From Isurus oxyrinchus (Eukaryota), in assembly GCA_026770705.1 (NCBI GenBank), contig JANJGN010000007.1:109244001-109308000 (forward strand): a stretch of DNA of 64,000 nucleotides. The letters run 5' to 3'. The notes below the pieces were generated by a model. That model saw nothing but the letters and a program-made list of their open reading frames with translations. It was not told the DNA's origin and made no database searches. The translations under genes and the position numbers were made by a program. Below are positions 1 to 11,520 of the stretch, one piece after another. Numbering within the stretch: position 1 is the first letter of the stretch; each line of letters opens with the position of its first letter.

Positions 1-558
1 TCTTAAAGATACATGCCAAATATAATGCTGTCTAAAACTTATCCAATAAATCAAGAATTATTCCAATAATAATTACAAGTTAAGAGTTTTCATCACTAAG
101 CTTATGTACAGTAAAATTAGATAACTTAAATGTTTGTAATTACACAAATCTGCTAACGCAATGGAGCCCAATATACATCCCGAGGCCTTGTGTATTAAAT
201 TGTTTGATAAAGGTAATATTACTGATAGCAAAACAATGATTGCAGCGCAATTTGGCCCGAATGCAAACGAGTAAGAAATAAATGTATGACTAATATTCGG
301 AAGATTTATCTTCACACAACAGTGCTCAACATGTGGAAGTAACCACCAAGTAGATGAGCAGAGATGCAACAGTCCATGGAATAAATTCGGGAACATTTAG
401 ATCCTCGATTTGGAGGGTAAGGTCATCCAGGACTCAGAGCCCACATTTATTTTCTCCTCTGTATCTACTTTGCGCTCGTGATTTCTGCTACAGATTATGT
501 GTACATGTCCCGTTAAGACCTACTTCTGGCTCCTAGTAGTACTACGTTCTACCTCCAA

Positions 559-655
559 TCAGCATTGGGAGCGATCGTGATGAATGGACATTTGGTTCAA
601 CGTGACCGGCACAAGCGGGCTAGTGGTGCTGATTTGCAGAGCGGAAGGAGTGAAC
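559..655 (-). pseudogene. Candidate terminal cytoplasmic exon (R|FTPSALQISTTSPLVPVTLNQMSIHHDRSQC*)
   Basis: ttcag acceptor at 656-660. The phase-2 start matches the phase-2 end of the 776-920 candidate exon. Open to TGA at 561-559. No recognisable homology. Confidence 0.3.
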
Positions 656-775
656 CTGAAATCAGGCTTCCTGTTATTCTAGGTTTGCACGCTTTCAGTC
701 ACATAATAACGAGATTTCTGTGAAACTTATTTTCGGAAATTCATGCTCTTTATTTTAAGGGGTTTTATTTTTAAC

Positions 776-920
776 CTAAATTCTTCTTCCAAAGCTGCTT
801 TGCAGCGCCTTCTCGCTGGTTACCATATAAACCACCACGCTACCGTATCTATTGCAATCCGTCCTTCGGAAAGCAGCAGGCTCGTGTTCTGTCACGCCGG
901 AGGCCCTGAGCATATTTCTT
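776..920 (-). pseudogene. Candidate degenerate transmembrane exon (EEICSGPPA*QNTSLLLSEGRIAIDTVAWWFIW*PARRRCKAALEEEF)
   Basis: ctttaccaag phase-1 acceptor; partly hydrophobic stretch followed by basic RRRCK; weak GTTAAA donor; two in-frame stops. Confidence 0.35.
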
Positions 921-1354
921 CTTGGTAAAGTGCACGCTTGAAAAACCGCAGAACAATCCAATTACACCTAATTTGTTTATAGAGAGAACGCTTATTATAT
1001 ACAGCATATTTTGGTGTACGCCTTACTCAGTGACTTAGTATTGACACCTGCACTTATATAATTGAAGCTTCCTGGGCAGATATAACTTTAGTTTCAGTTT
1101 AAATTAAATGGAACGTAAAATCGCCTTGTCAAAAAACAGCCCTTTTAATCACAGTGCGAAACATTCGCCAGGTCACCGAAACGAATTGAATGAGATAAAT
1201 TTAACATTTTATTGTGCCATTCCTCTTGTACATTTCACAATATCCAAAACAAAAAAAACAAAAACAACCATTGGTCTAATGCTAGTGAAAGTTTAGGCTA
1301 ATCTGCTTTAAGTAAAGAATTATCGTTCGTACTTTTGTATAAATTATAAGCGCC

Positions 1355-1640
1355 GATTGAATTACACAGCACCGGGGCAGGCCCATCGTGCCCGTGCCGG
1401 CCAGCAAGTGTCTATCTAATCTCATCCCACTCTCAAGCACTTGGCCCGTAGCCCTGTATTTTATGGCGTTTCAATTGCTCATCTAAATACTTCTTAAATG
1501 TTGTGGGGGTTCCTGCCTCTAGCACGCCCTCAGGCAGTGTGTTCCAGATTCCACCCACCCTCCGGGTGTAATACAAATCCTCAAATCCCCTCCAAACCAT
1601 CTGCCCCTTACCTTAAATCTATGCCCCTTTGGTTATGTTT
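1355..1640 (-). mobile_element. CR1-type LINE 3' fragment
   Basis: Resembles the CR1 3' fragments elsewhere in the window (caggcagtgtgttccagattccacc..., ccttaaatctatgcccc). Confidence 0.65.
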
Positions 1641-1691
1641 ATGGTTAAAGCTATGGTTATTGATCTTGAGTTAAAGCTTGTCACGTTTTTC

Positions 1692-2464
1692 TATCGCATA
1701 TTTACAATTGCTTACAAGCATGTACAAAATATGGAAAACCGACGAAACGTAACTCCCGGGGCAAAAAATGAAATTAAGAGCTGAGATATCTGTCACTATC
1801 GATTTCCCGAATCTAGCCCAATGAGTAAATGTCCAATGCGATGTCAGATTTTTGGACAGTGCAGCATTCCTTAAACATACTTTCCCAGGTTGAGGTACAC
1901 ATGCAAGCATCTGCTTTATTTTTTTAAATAATTAATCAATTTTAAGGTCGCACTAATATTTCCGCGACGCAATTCGAGCTCATTATTTTCATTGCGGCAG
2001 CTTTATTCCAGCTAAGGTAACAGCGATGCAGAAAGTATTGTGAAGGAAACTACACAAGATGAGATATGAACAGTGATGGTGCTGAACATGTAAAGAGGTG
2101 TAACCTAAATGGAATGACATTTAAATGCTTATCTATGGCGATAATTGTTTAGTTCCGTGCAGACGATCTTTGTTTAATTGCTTCTTATTCAATGCGCCGT
2201 CGGCTGCATGTTAATGTCCTGACGAAGTCCAGTTAATGTTCAGAGGCAACAGCAAGAAGTTCATTCTTCATGAGTTGTTCATTACGTGGATTGTACACAA
2301 AAAATACCATGTAAATACTGTTAGAATTCCTCCGCTAGTTGCTTACATTCGCTGGTTTAACCCCAGGTATCTCAGCTCTTAATTTCATTTTTAGCCCCGG
2401 GAATTACGTTTCGTCGGTTTTTGATATTGTGTACATGCCTGTAAGCAAAAGTAAATATGCGATA
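1692..2464. repeat. ~100-bp inverted repeats (1692-1792 / 2364-2464) around a ~570-bp spacer; possible MITE or inverted duplication
   Basis: The reverse complement of 2364-2464 aligns to 1692-1792 with about 9 mismatches in 101 nt by manual count. Confidence 0.85.
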
Positions 2465-2509
2465 CAGTAGAAAAGAATCCATCCCAGATATATATCTTCC
2501 ATTTAAATG

Positions 2510-2635
2510 AAAACAAAATACTGTCGATGCTGAAACTCAGAAACGAAAACAGGGAGTGCTGGAAAACTCAACAAGTCAGACAGCATCTGTGGAGACAAAC
2601 AGGTCCAAATTTTGAGTCGAATGTTACTCTCCTAC
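2510..2635 (-). mobile_element. Old degenerate Penelope-like terminal repeat fragment
   Basis: gatgctgaaactcagaaacgaaaacagggagtgctggaaaactcaacaagtcagacagcatctgtggag resembles the young pLTR at 5730-5830. Confidence 0.55.
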
Positions 2636-2732
2636 TGAGGGCAGTTAAGAATCAAGCATATTGTACGCGATGTGCTTTCCCATAGGACATTCGTGACCAG
2701 ATGGGTTTTTACACCAATGGATGATACATTTC

Positions 2733-3135
2733 GTTGGAGCAGAGAAGATTGAGAGGCGATCTAAGCAAGGTGTACAAGGTTATGAGGGGCATGGACAGGA
2801 TGGATAGGGAGTAGCTCTTCGCTTTAGTTGAAGGGTCAGTCACGAGGGGACACAAGTATAAGGTGAGTGGCAGGAGGTTTAGCGGGGATGTGAGGAAAAC
2901 ATTTTTACCCAGAGGGTGGTGAGGACCTGTTACGCACCGCCTGGGAGGTGGTGGAGGCGGGTTGCCTCACATCCTTTAGAAGGTACCTGGATGAGCACTT
3001 GGCACGTCATGACATTCAAGTCTATGGGCAAATTGCTGGTATATGCGGTTAGGTAGGTAAGTCAGAGGTTTCTCACTTGGCGATGCAGACTCAATGAGCT
3101 GAAGTGCCTCTTCCGCACTGTGTGATTCTGTGATT
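2733..3135 (+). mobile_element. CR1 LINE 3' end
   Basis: Encodes LEQRRLRGDLSKVYK (CR1 ORF2 C-terminal motif); ends in tgtgattctgtgatt tail. Confidence 0.85.
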
Positions 3136-4597
3136 TCAAGGTCACCATTACTGAGACCGACTTCATATTCTAGATGTACTACTTGAATTGAAATTCCACC
3201 ACTGCCTTGTTCTCATGGGCCCCTAAGTTTCTAATGCGGTGACCTTGTCACAATTCAACGGTCCCCCTCAATATAAATAATAATATGCAGTAGGCGGGGT
3301 TTTGTGCAGACACCAAGGTGCAGGGAGCCATCTTTGAATCTAGTCTCTAGTCTTAATGCATTGTTGGTAGCACACATATATGTCTGCAGATGGGGTGCGG
3401 TAGAGCGTAAAGTGTAAAGGTATGGCTGGAGTTTGTGGAGGTGATGCATCCCTAGAGGTGCTTCTGCAAGGTGGTGTGGGAGGAGAGAGGAACTATTCCT
3501 AGAGGTCCAAGGAACAAACCAGCCAGCTTTCTAAAGAAGGTCAGACTGGAGGTATTTGATGAAAAGGGCATCTTCAGGTCAAAGCGCAAACATCTGTGCA
3601 GTGCCAGATGCGCTTCAATGACCTAGTGAGGGCTGACAAGGTAAGTGTCATGTTTGATGGCAAGGCAGCTGGTCCACATGTATAATATGATCACCATGGC
3701 ATGTAAAAGATGTGAACAGACTATGAGTGAGAACTCAAGAGGAACCAATTATTGCATCAAGATAGAAGAGGATAGAATCACTTGAAAGCACAATCATTGG
3801 GGCTCAAGGCAATGCCAACTGAGACGAACTCATGCAACAGACCTCCCAGTGCTGCAATGATGGACATTGGAAGTCCCGCAGCCTTTTGAGGTTTGCATGG
3901 GCAGGGGAGTTTATCACAGTGTTGCTGCAAAAGAGAGGTGATAATGCAAGGCGGTGGTGGTGAACAGGTGGTGGAGTGCCCATCGTCACAACGATAATGC
4001 AGATGGAGGAGTAGGAATCTTCAGGTTTCGTGCCAGGCTACCCCAAAGTAAAAAACGGGTTTGGAACACCTGATAAGTGAGAGAAGCAATAGGGGTGAAC
4101 ACAATCCTTCATATTTGTCTTATTAGAGGCGCATGATGACCATGTGAAGCTCAGGAGCATGTAAGGGCAGGAAGAAGGCGCAGTATAAGGATATAGTTAA
4201 CTGTCCCCTTGTCTTCCCTGCAGGGCTAATGACAGACAACGAAAAGCAGAAGGCATCAAAGTCAGCAGGGACCTCAGAGGATGGTCCATCACATCGGCAC
4301 AGCAGACAATGAACCAGTACAGATATTCTCGGGCCAGTAGAGCATCACATGTAATTTGAATAGGTGACACCAGCTGCTAAATGTAGTGTACAGGCGCAGG
4401 AGCAGGTGATGGAAAGTGCGATATCTGCAGCCTGCCCCCATGGAAGGATCGAGGGCAGGCCCAGCTAATGTTCAGCTCTACGCAGATGTTGGGCTTCAAT
4501 GGTCATCAGTGAAGTAGCTGCCTCCTGAGCAGGAGCAGGAAATGTGTCGACATCTCCCAGAGTCTCCAGAGGCAGTTCAATCCCAAAAGCACAAGTT

Positions 4598-4762
4598 GGA
4601 CTCGAAATCAAGTTCTGTCGAAGGGTCATGAGGACTCGAAACGTCAACTCTTTACTTCTCCGCCGATGCTGCCAGACCTGCCGAGTTTTTCCAGGTAATT
4701 CTGTTTTTGTTTTGGATTTCCAGCGTCCGCAGTTTTTTTCTTTTGTTTTTTTGTTGTTGTTG
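4598..4762 (+). mobile_element. Solo Penelope-like terminal repeat (pLTR) with T-rich tail
   Basis: Near-identical to the 3' ends of the GIY-YIG elements at 5710-6414 and 9241-10663. Confidence 0.9.
4611..4649 (+). ncRNA. Minimal type I hammerhead ribozyme motif (variant core CUGUCGA)
   Basis: AGTT-CTGTCGA-A-GGGTC(ATGAG)GACTC-GAAAC-GTC^AACT: stem I AGTT/AACT, stem II GGGTC/GACTC, GAAA, GUC triplet. Also at 9300-9338(-), 11373-11411(+) and in both arms of 16446-16650. Confidence 0.7.
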
Positions 4763-5709
4763 TGATCTTATAGGATGTTGGCGCTTTCTCGATTGACTAA
4801 ATGACGTGCTCCTATTCCTGTTTCCTTTGTTTGTAATGTTTGCGTGGCAGTGTGCTTTGTTCTGTACAGCCTGACAGACCACACAGGATTTGAACTGGCG
4901 CTGAATGATTTTTTTGAGAGCTTTAATCAGGAGCTGAGGGTGGTGTCCATTTACATGAATGCAACGAAAATCTGCGATTACCTTATCCAGTCTAGATTCG
5001 GCTGACACTCCCCATGCCACCAATGAACCAGTCGACTTCTTTTGGAAAACCTAGTTGGCTGCCAGGACACGCCATCACATTTTCATGCATCCCTTAAAAG
5101 ACCATCCAGTCCATCATCAATATTTGTCTTACTGTCGCCAAAACCTTTTCCATGCACCGCAGCTCCATGCTATTACATCTGGTTACCACCGCTTGAAGGA
5201 GTAAGAATCACATGAGATGTTGAAGTCGGCATAAACTATATGTTGAAGTGAACAGATAAACACATGCAATGCCATCGGTGAAATAAAAGTAACCCCGTGA
5301 GTTCCATTGTGCAAAAAGCTGCATTTTGCAGTTCACTCCTGGCTGTTCTTACATTGTGCTTCGACTGTGGTTGGAGCTGAAATCGAGGTCGGCTGCTGGC
5401 CTTGCACGAGTGCATTAGATGCTCATGGTGAACGGCCTTTCACTTGCAAAGCCCTTGAGGGACATGGCGCCGGGTTGCGTCTCCTGTATCTGTGCAGGAA
5501 GAGTCTTTGTCCTGGATTTGGGAATCAATGTTAATGTCATGGTCAGAAGGACTGTGCGGCTGTCATGAGTGGCAACATGTATCTGACTTATGAGTACATG
5601 CCCCTCCTCCATTGAGAGAGTGGTGACCCTCTTGGAGAACCACATCCAACAGGTCATTGAGTGGATGCAAGCGGTGCACAACAGTATGGCATCAATCTCA
5701 TGTGATGCA

Positions 5710-6414
5710 TGAAAAAAAAACAAAAGAAAAAAACTGCGGATGCTGGAAATCCAAAACAAAAACAGAATTACCTGGAAAAACTCGGCAGGTCTGGCAGCAT
5801 CGGCGGAGAAGAAAAGAGTTGACGTTTCGAGTCCTCATGACCCCTCGACTGAACTTGATTTCGAGTCCAAGAAAGAGTTGAAATATAAGCTGATTTAAGG
5901 TGTGTGTGTGGGGGGCGGAGAGATAGAGAGGGGGGGGCGGTGTGTGGTTGTGTGGACAAACAAGCGGTGATAGAAGCAGATCATCAAAAGATGTCAGCGA
6001 CAATGGTACAATAGTACACATAGATGTTAAAGTTAAAGTTGGTGATATTATCTAAACGAATGTGCTAATTAAGAATGGATGGTAGGGCACTCAAGGTACA
6101 GCTCTAGTGGGGGTGCAGGGAGCATAAAAAATTTTAAAATATTTAAAAATAATGGAAATAGGCGGGAAAAGAAAAATCTATATAATTTATTGGGAAAAAA
6201 AGGGGGAAACAGAAAGGGGGTGGGGATGGGGGAGGGAGCTCACGACCTGAAGTTGTTGAATTCAATATTCAGTCCGGAAGGCCGTAAGGTGCCTAGTCGG
6301 AAGATGAGGTGTTGTTCCTCCAGTTTGCATTGGGCTTCGCTGGAACAATGCAGCAAGCCAAGGACAGACATGTGGGCAAGAGAGCAGGGTGGAGTTTTAA
6401 AATGGCAAGCGACA
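5710..6414 (-). mobile_element. 5'-truncated Penelope-like element (end of GIY-YIG ORF, 3' UTR, pLTR)
   Basis: ORF 6240-6443 (VACHFKTPPCSL...LNIEFNNFRS) matches the C-terminus of ORF 9720-10670; UTR is collinear with the 9241 copy. Confidence 0.92.
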
Positions 6415-7494
6415 TATAAGATCACGGTTGATCTGATTGTCACCTTAACTCCATCTCCCTGCCTGCCACCCCCATAATACTTGACTCCCTTTTAGGTGAC
6501 CAGAGGCGAGACACTTGTTTGGCCATATTGGAGGAGAGGGGTCCATCAGAGAGGTTTAAACTTTCAAAAGTCAATTGCTTTTTCAAATATAACCCTTGTG
6601 GTTAGATGTCTGCGATTGCATTGTCCATCTGACATTTGTCATAAACAATCTTTTTCTTCTTCATCTTACTCTCTATCTCTTCTGTCATCCAGGGAGCTCC
6701 CTATTTGTTTGTCCTACCTTTCCCCTTCTTGACAGTGCTCGAACTCTCTCTGCTTTAAAGTCAGCCCATTGTTCAGTTCCACTTTTGCCTGCCAACCTTT
6801 GATTCAAATTTAGCTGTGCCTCATCCATTCTTACACCATTGAGGTTGGCTTCCCACCAGTGTAATTGCCCCATTTTTCAGATATTTTGCATTAATATCAC
6901 GCAGAGCAACTTTAAATTGGGAGTATTTTATCTTATTGCATTATGTTTGTCTGACCCACACTCTTGTGTGCACCTGATGCCATCAATATGCATCTAACCT
7001 AATTATGAGTCCCATGCGTGCTAGTAAATAGTAGATTTATAAATTTGATATAAACAGAAAATGGAACCGTTAGCGCTTAACGACTGTTTTGTATGTCTGA
7101 TCTATAACCTTTTATGAATAAGGCTGAGCCTATGTACGTTTTCAGGGAGGCGAAATGTGGATTCAAGCCAAACTTTCCCTCATCTGAAATCGTCAAACAT
7201 TTGCATGCGATTTACATTTAAAACTTGCCTGTTTATGCTTAATTCTGATCCGAATGAGCCAATGAAATTACGAACGATATAAAACAAGATTGTTACAAAG
7301 TGTTGAACTCCTTATCAACATGAGACAAAATATATTTACAACAAAGTAACAGGAAATAAAACATGTTAAGTTAAAACAACTGTCTGGTGACCAGCAATGT
7401 CACTCGGTCAAACTACAGCTTTTAACTGAAACGAAAGCGTTCAAGTCCCTGAGGTAGTGAAGGCACAGTTTGAAGATTAACAGCGACTTAGAGC

Positions 7495-8042
7495 AATAAA
7501 GAACTGTGATACTGGTCTCCTTCTTTGCAAAGAAAGGATATAGTTGCGTTTGAAGCATTTCAGAGAACATCCATTCTTCCTGGAATGGGCGGCTAATCTT
7601 ACGAAGAAAGATTAAACAGGTTAAGCCGATATTCCTTGGAGTTTAGAAGGACGAGCTTATTGAAACATATAATATCCTGAGGGTGCTGACAGGGCAGATA
7701 CCAGGAGGATGTTTCCACTTGTGAGAGAGGCTAAAACTAAGGGACACATTTTAGGAATAAGAGACAGTGATGAGAAGATTTTTTTTTTATCTCTCAGCGC
7801 ATCGTCAGTACGTGGAATCCTCTTCTCCCAAAAAGCAGTGGAGGCTGGGTCATTGGTTTTATTCAAGACAAAGTTGGACATTTTTTTTATAAACAAGGGA
7901 GGTATAGGTTATGGGGAACAGACGGAACATTGGAGTTCAGATAACAACCAGAGAAGCCATAATTTTACTTAATGGCGGAGCAGATTCGAAGGGATGAATG
8001 GCCTACACCTGCTCCAAAGTCCTTTGCTCCTATGTTCTTATG
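7495..8042 (+). mobile_element. CR1 LINE 3' fragment
   Basis: WSP/RKDI/QRTSI/YEERL-type C-terminal remnants; ends cctatgttcttatg. Confidence 0.8.
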
Positions 8043-8643
8043 CTGGTTACGTATAGATCCTTGGTCAGGCAAAGCGGGGATGCTAATGAATAACTGATTT
8101 CCCGCTTTGATAATGCTCAGTTCATGAGTGTCAATATTGTGGTTCAATATTAACAAAGATTAAATTGGTTAGCTCAAGACCAAAAAAATTATGAGTAAAG
8201 TTTGAAATGCTTCTAATACGTGAACTCGCGTTCCGCCAAGCAGCTTTGGAGCTAAGTGAAACTTAACTTCGTGATTGTTACTGTTCAAATATAATTAGAA
8301 TTAAGTTAACTTACAGATTTCCGACTTTCGTTTGTAAATTTCCAATTTTGGCAACCTGTCGGTAAACCCTCAATAGCATTGAGCTAATCGATCTTAGTTG
8401 GACAGGAAGCATAGCTCTGAGCGCACCATGAAAATATGCTCGAATATGCTGTGGAACCAACAGAATAATTTGCATCTTCCGGCTCGTTGGGATGAATTCC
8501 CTACAATGAGATGAGTTCGAAAAAACATTTGTCCGTTCCCAAAATTCTAATGATGCGTAGAATTGATACTCATCATAAATAAAAATGCAATCTCCTTTCT
8601 AAACTGCTTATTTGATTAGGTTTGTTAAAGCAGCGAGTCTTAC

Positions 8644-8757
8644 CTGTACAGATACGTAATATAAAATTACCAGCGAGGATACGAAGCATCGTTAAGATTG
8701 CAAGTGAATTCATGACAATATGAGCGATTCCATAACTGTAGGTGGCAATTGTTGTAC
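8644..8757 (-). pseudogene. Candidate transmembrane exon of the VJ-C1 gene (TTIATYSYGIAHIVMNSLAILTMLRILAGNFILRICT)
   Basis: cttttag acceptor, CAG|GTAAGA donor, 114 nt, phase 1-1; this is the only open frame. Hydrophobic, with an Arg in the helix. Confidence 0.55.
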
Positions 8758-9240
8758 CTAAAAGGTATATGAAATGAAACGAAACTCAAATATTAAATGA
8801 TCTTCAATCAATTGTTCTGAGTTTAACCGTATTAGGTGTAAACCCTACAAATTAACTGATTATGTACATAGGGATGTTGGAGGAGCTGCTCAGTGAAAAA
8901 GGACAGGGTCCATCTAACCCACCTTCTGCTATCCTGGTAGTGGTATAATACAATGATGATGAAGTTGTTGATTAATCAAGGCTATCAAACACTATCAACC
9001 AGTCCAAAACAGTCCTGCCGCGAGTCGAAAGTCAGCCGTTCCTCCCAATTTTGCTGCACTTATTACATGTCATTTCTCAAATTACCCTTACACTGTATCC
9101 AAAAATTTCTCAAATAAATTTGATTATCACATTCATAAATCTGTACTAACAATTTCAATTGAGAGACATTTACCTTAATATCTCCTTAGAAACATAGCTT
9201 TCCAATTTCAAATGTTCTATCCAATATCATTGCTTATCAC

Positions 9241-10663
9241 AAAAACAGAATTACCTGGAAAAACTCAGCAGGTCTGGCAGCATCGGCGGAGAAGAAAAGA
9301 GTTGACGTTTCGAGTCCTCATGACCCTTCGACAGAACTTGATTTCGAGCCCAAGAAAGAGTTGAAATATAAGCTGGTTTAAGGTGTGTGTGTGGGGGGGC
9401 GGAGAGATAGAGAGAGAGAGAGGTGCTTGTGTAGACAAACAAGCAGTGATAGAAGCAGATCATCAAAAGATGTCAGCGACAATGGTACAAAAGAACACAT
9501 AGGTGTTAAAGTTAAAGTTGGTGATATTATCTAAACGAATGTGCTAATTAAGAATGGATGGTAGGGCACTCAAGGTACAGCTCTAGTGGGGGTGGAGGGA
9601 GCATAAAAGATTTTAAAATATTTAAAAATAATGGAAATAGGCAGGAAAAGAAAAATCTATATAATTTATTGGGGAAAAAAAGGGGGAAACAGAAAGGGGG
9701 TGGGGATGGGGGAGGGAGCTCACGACCTAAAGTTGTTGAATTCAATATTCAGACCAAAAGGCTGTAAGGTGCCTAGTCGGAAGATGAGGTATTCTTCCTC
9801 CAGTTTGCGTTGGGCTTCACTGGAACAATGCAGTAAGCCAAGGACAGACATGTGGGCAAGAGAGCAGGGTGGAGTGTTAAAATGGCAAGCGACAGGGAGG
9901 TTTGGGTCATTCTTGCAGACAGACCGCAGGTGTTCTGCAAAGCGGTCGCCCAGTTTACGTTTGGTCTCTCCAATGTAGAGGAGACCACATTGGGAGCAAC
10001 GAATGCAGTAGACTAAGTTGGGGGAAATGCAAGTGAAATGCTGTTTCACTTGAAAGGAGTGTTTGGGCCCTTGGACGGTGAGGAGAAAGGAAGTGAAGGG
10101 GCAGGTGTTACATCTTTTGCGTGGGCATGGGGTGGTGCCATAGGAGGGGGTTGAGGAGTAGGGGGTGATGGAGGAGTGGACCAGGGTGTCCCGGAGGGAG
10201 CGATCCCTACGGAATGCCGATAAGGGGGGTGAAGGGAAGATGTGTTTGGTGGTGGCATCATGCTGGAGTTGGCGGAAATGGCGGAGGATGATCCTTTGAA
10301 TGCGGAGGCTGGTGGGGTGATAAGTGAGGACAAGGGGGACCCTATCATGTTTCTGGGAGGGAGGAGAAGGTGTGAGGGCGGATGCGCGGGAGATGGGCCG
10401 GACACGGTTAAGGGCCCTGTCAACGACCGTCAGTGGAAAACCTCGGTTAATGAAGAAGGAGGACATGTCAGAGGAACCGTTTTTGAAGGTAGCATCATCG
10501 GAACAGATGCGACGAAGGCGAAGGAACTGGGAGAATGGGATGGAGTCTTTACAGGAAGCGGGGTGTGAGGAGCTGTAGTTGAGGTAGCTGTGGGAGTTGG
10601 TGGGTTTGTAATGGATATTGGTGGACAGTCTATCACCAGAGATTGAGACAGAAAGGTCAAGGA
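9241..10663 (-). mobile_element. Young 5'-truncated Penelope-like retroelement with TSD ttatcac(a)
   Basis: Uninterrupted RT C-terminus plus GIY-YIG ORF, 3' UTR and pLTR with hammerhead motif; ttatcac at 9234-9240 and 10664-10670. Confidence 0.95.
9720..10663 (-). CDS. Penelope-like ORF, partial: RT C-terminus/thumb, linker and GIY-YIG endonuclease
   Basis: LDLSVSI..STNIHYKPT..YL; CPRKRCNTC; NLVYCIRCSQCGLLYIGETKRKLGDRFAEH; EEEYLIFRLGTLQPFGLN. Confidence 0.9.
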
Positions 10664-11364
10664 TTATCACACTGCTTTAACCATTTTGCTACTTTATATT
10701 AGTGGCGTTACATTTAAGATAAATTAGTAAATGCGTCTGATAAAATAGTGACAAAGCATGATGGCATTAATGTCAGCATAGTTTGAATAATCACATAGCT
10801 GGATTTCAAAGCTCAAATATTTTGAAGTGGAAACGTAAGGGTAAATAACCTTTTCTTCATCTGAGAGCCTCGTAAAATGAGTGCAATAGTCATATACCAC
10901 GTCATACATCAGTCAACAAGCCCTTGGCCTGTTCAAATATAAATTATAAACATAGGTTGATTATAGTATAGTGGCAGGTCACCACCGTCTGGGCACATTC
11001 CTGCTGGGAAGAAATTGTATGTCTTTTAAGTGCATTGTTGCAACGAACTGAAAGAAGTCATAGCCCCACCCCTGGAACAAGTTGGGACAGTGCGGGTCCA
11101 GTTACAACCGATTTAGGAGAATGCACTGTCGTCCGGTGGAGAAATTGGAAGAAATCTGGAGTAACTGTTACCTTTGAAATAGTACCCATTAATTTCAATG
11201 GACTGGAAGTGGTACTATCTTACCAAGCAGTAAAAAAATGTGAATTCATCAATTTCCCATATGTTACTTTTGACATATCAGAAAATATGATTTGTTATAC
11301 CTGCTCCTGTTGCCTCCAAGCCGCTATGTACCCCGGCTCTGTTTTTGTCCCCCTTTCTCTTTTC

Positions 11365-11520
11365 CGAAATCAAGTTCTGTCGAAGGGTCATGAGGACTCG
11401 AAACGTCAACTCTTTTCTTCTCCGCCGATGCTGCCAGACCTGCTGAGTTTTTCCAGGTAATTCTGTTTTTGTTTTGGATTTCCAGCATCCGCAGTTTTCT
11501 TTGTTTTCTTCTCTTTTCCT
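11365..11520 (+). mobile_element. Solo Penelope-like pLTR
   Basis: Matches the pLTR of the 9241 and 5710 elements; contains the hammerhead motif. Confidence 0.9.

Larger units (their letters stand above)
3300..5700. mobile_element. Highly decayed Harbinger-like remnants
   Basis: Weak resemblance in sequence style to the Harbinger elements at 35.6-40 kb and 47-58 kb; no clean motif seen. Confidence 0.3.

Noticed and set aside
9548-10660. Multiple overlapping short ORFs
   Set aside because: Alternative-frame or antisense shadows of the Penelope ORF and UTR.
11035-11460. 141-aa plus ORF
   Set aside because: Chimeric read-through into the pLTR; the upstream part looks like a non-coding repeat.
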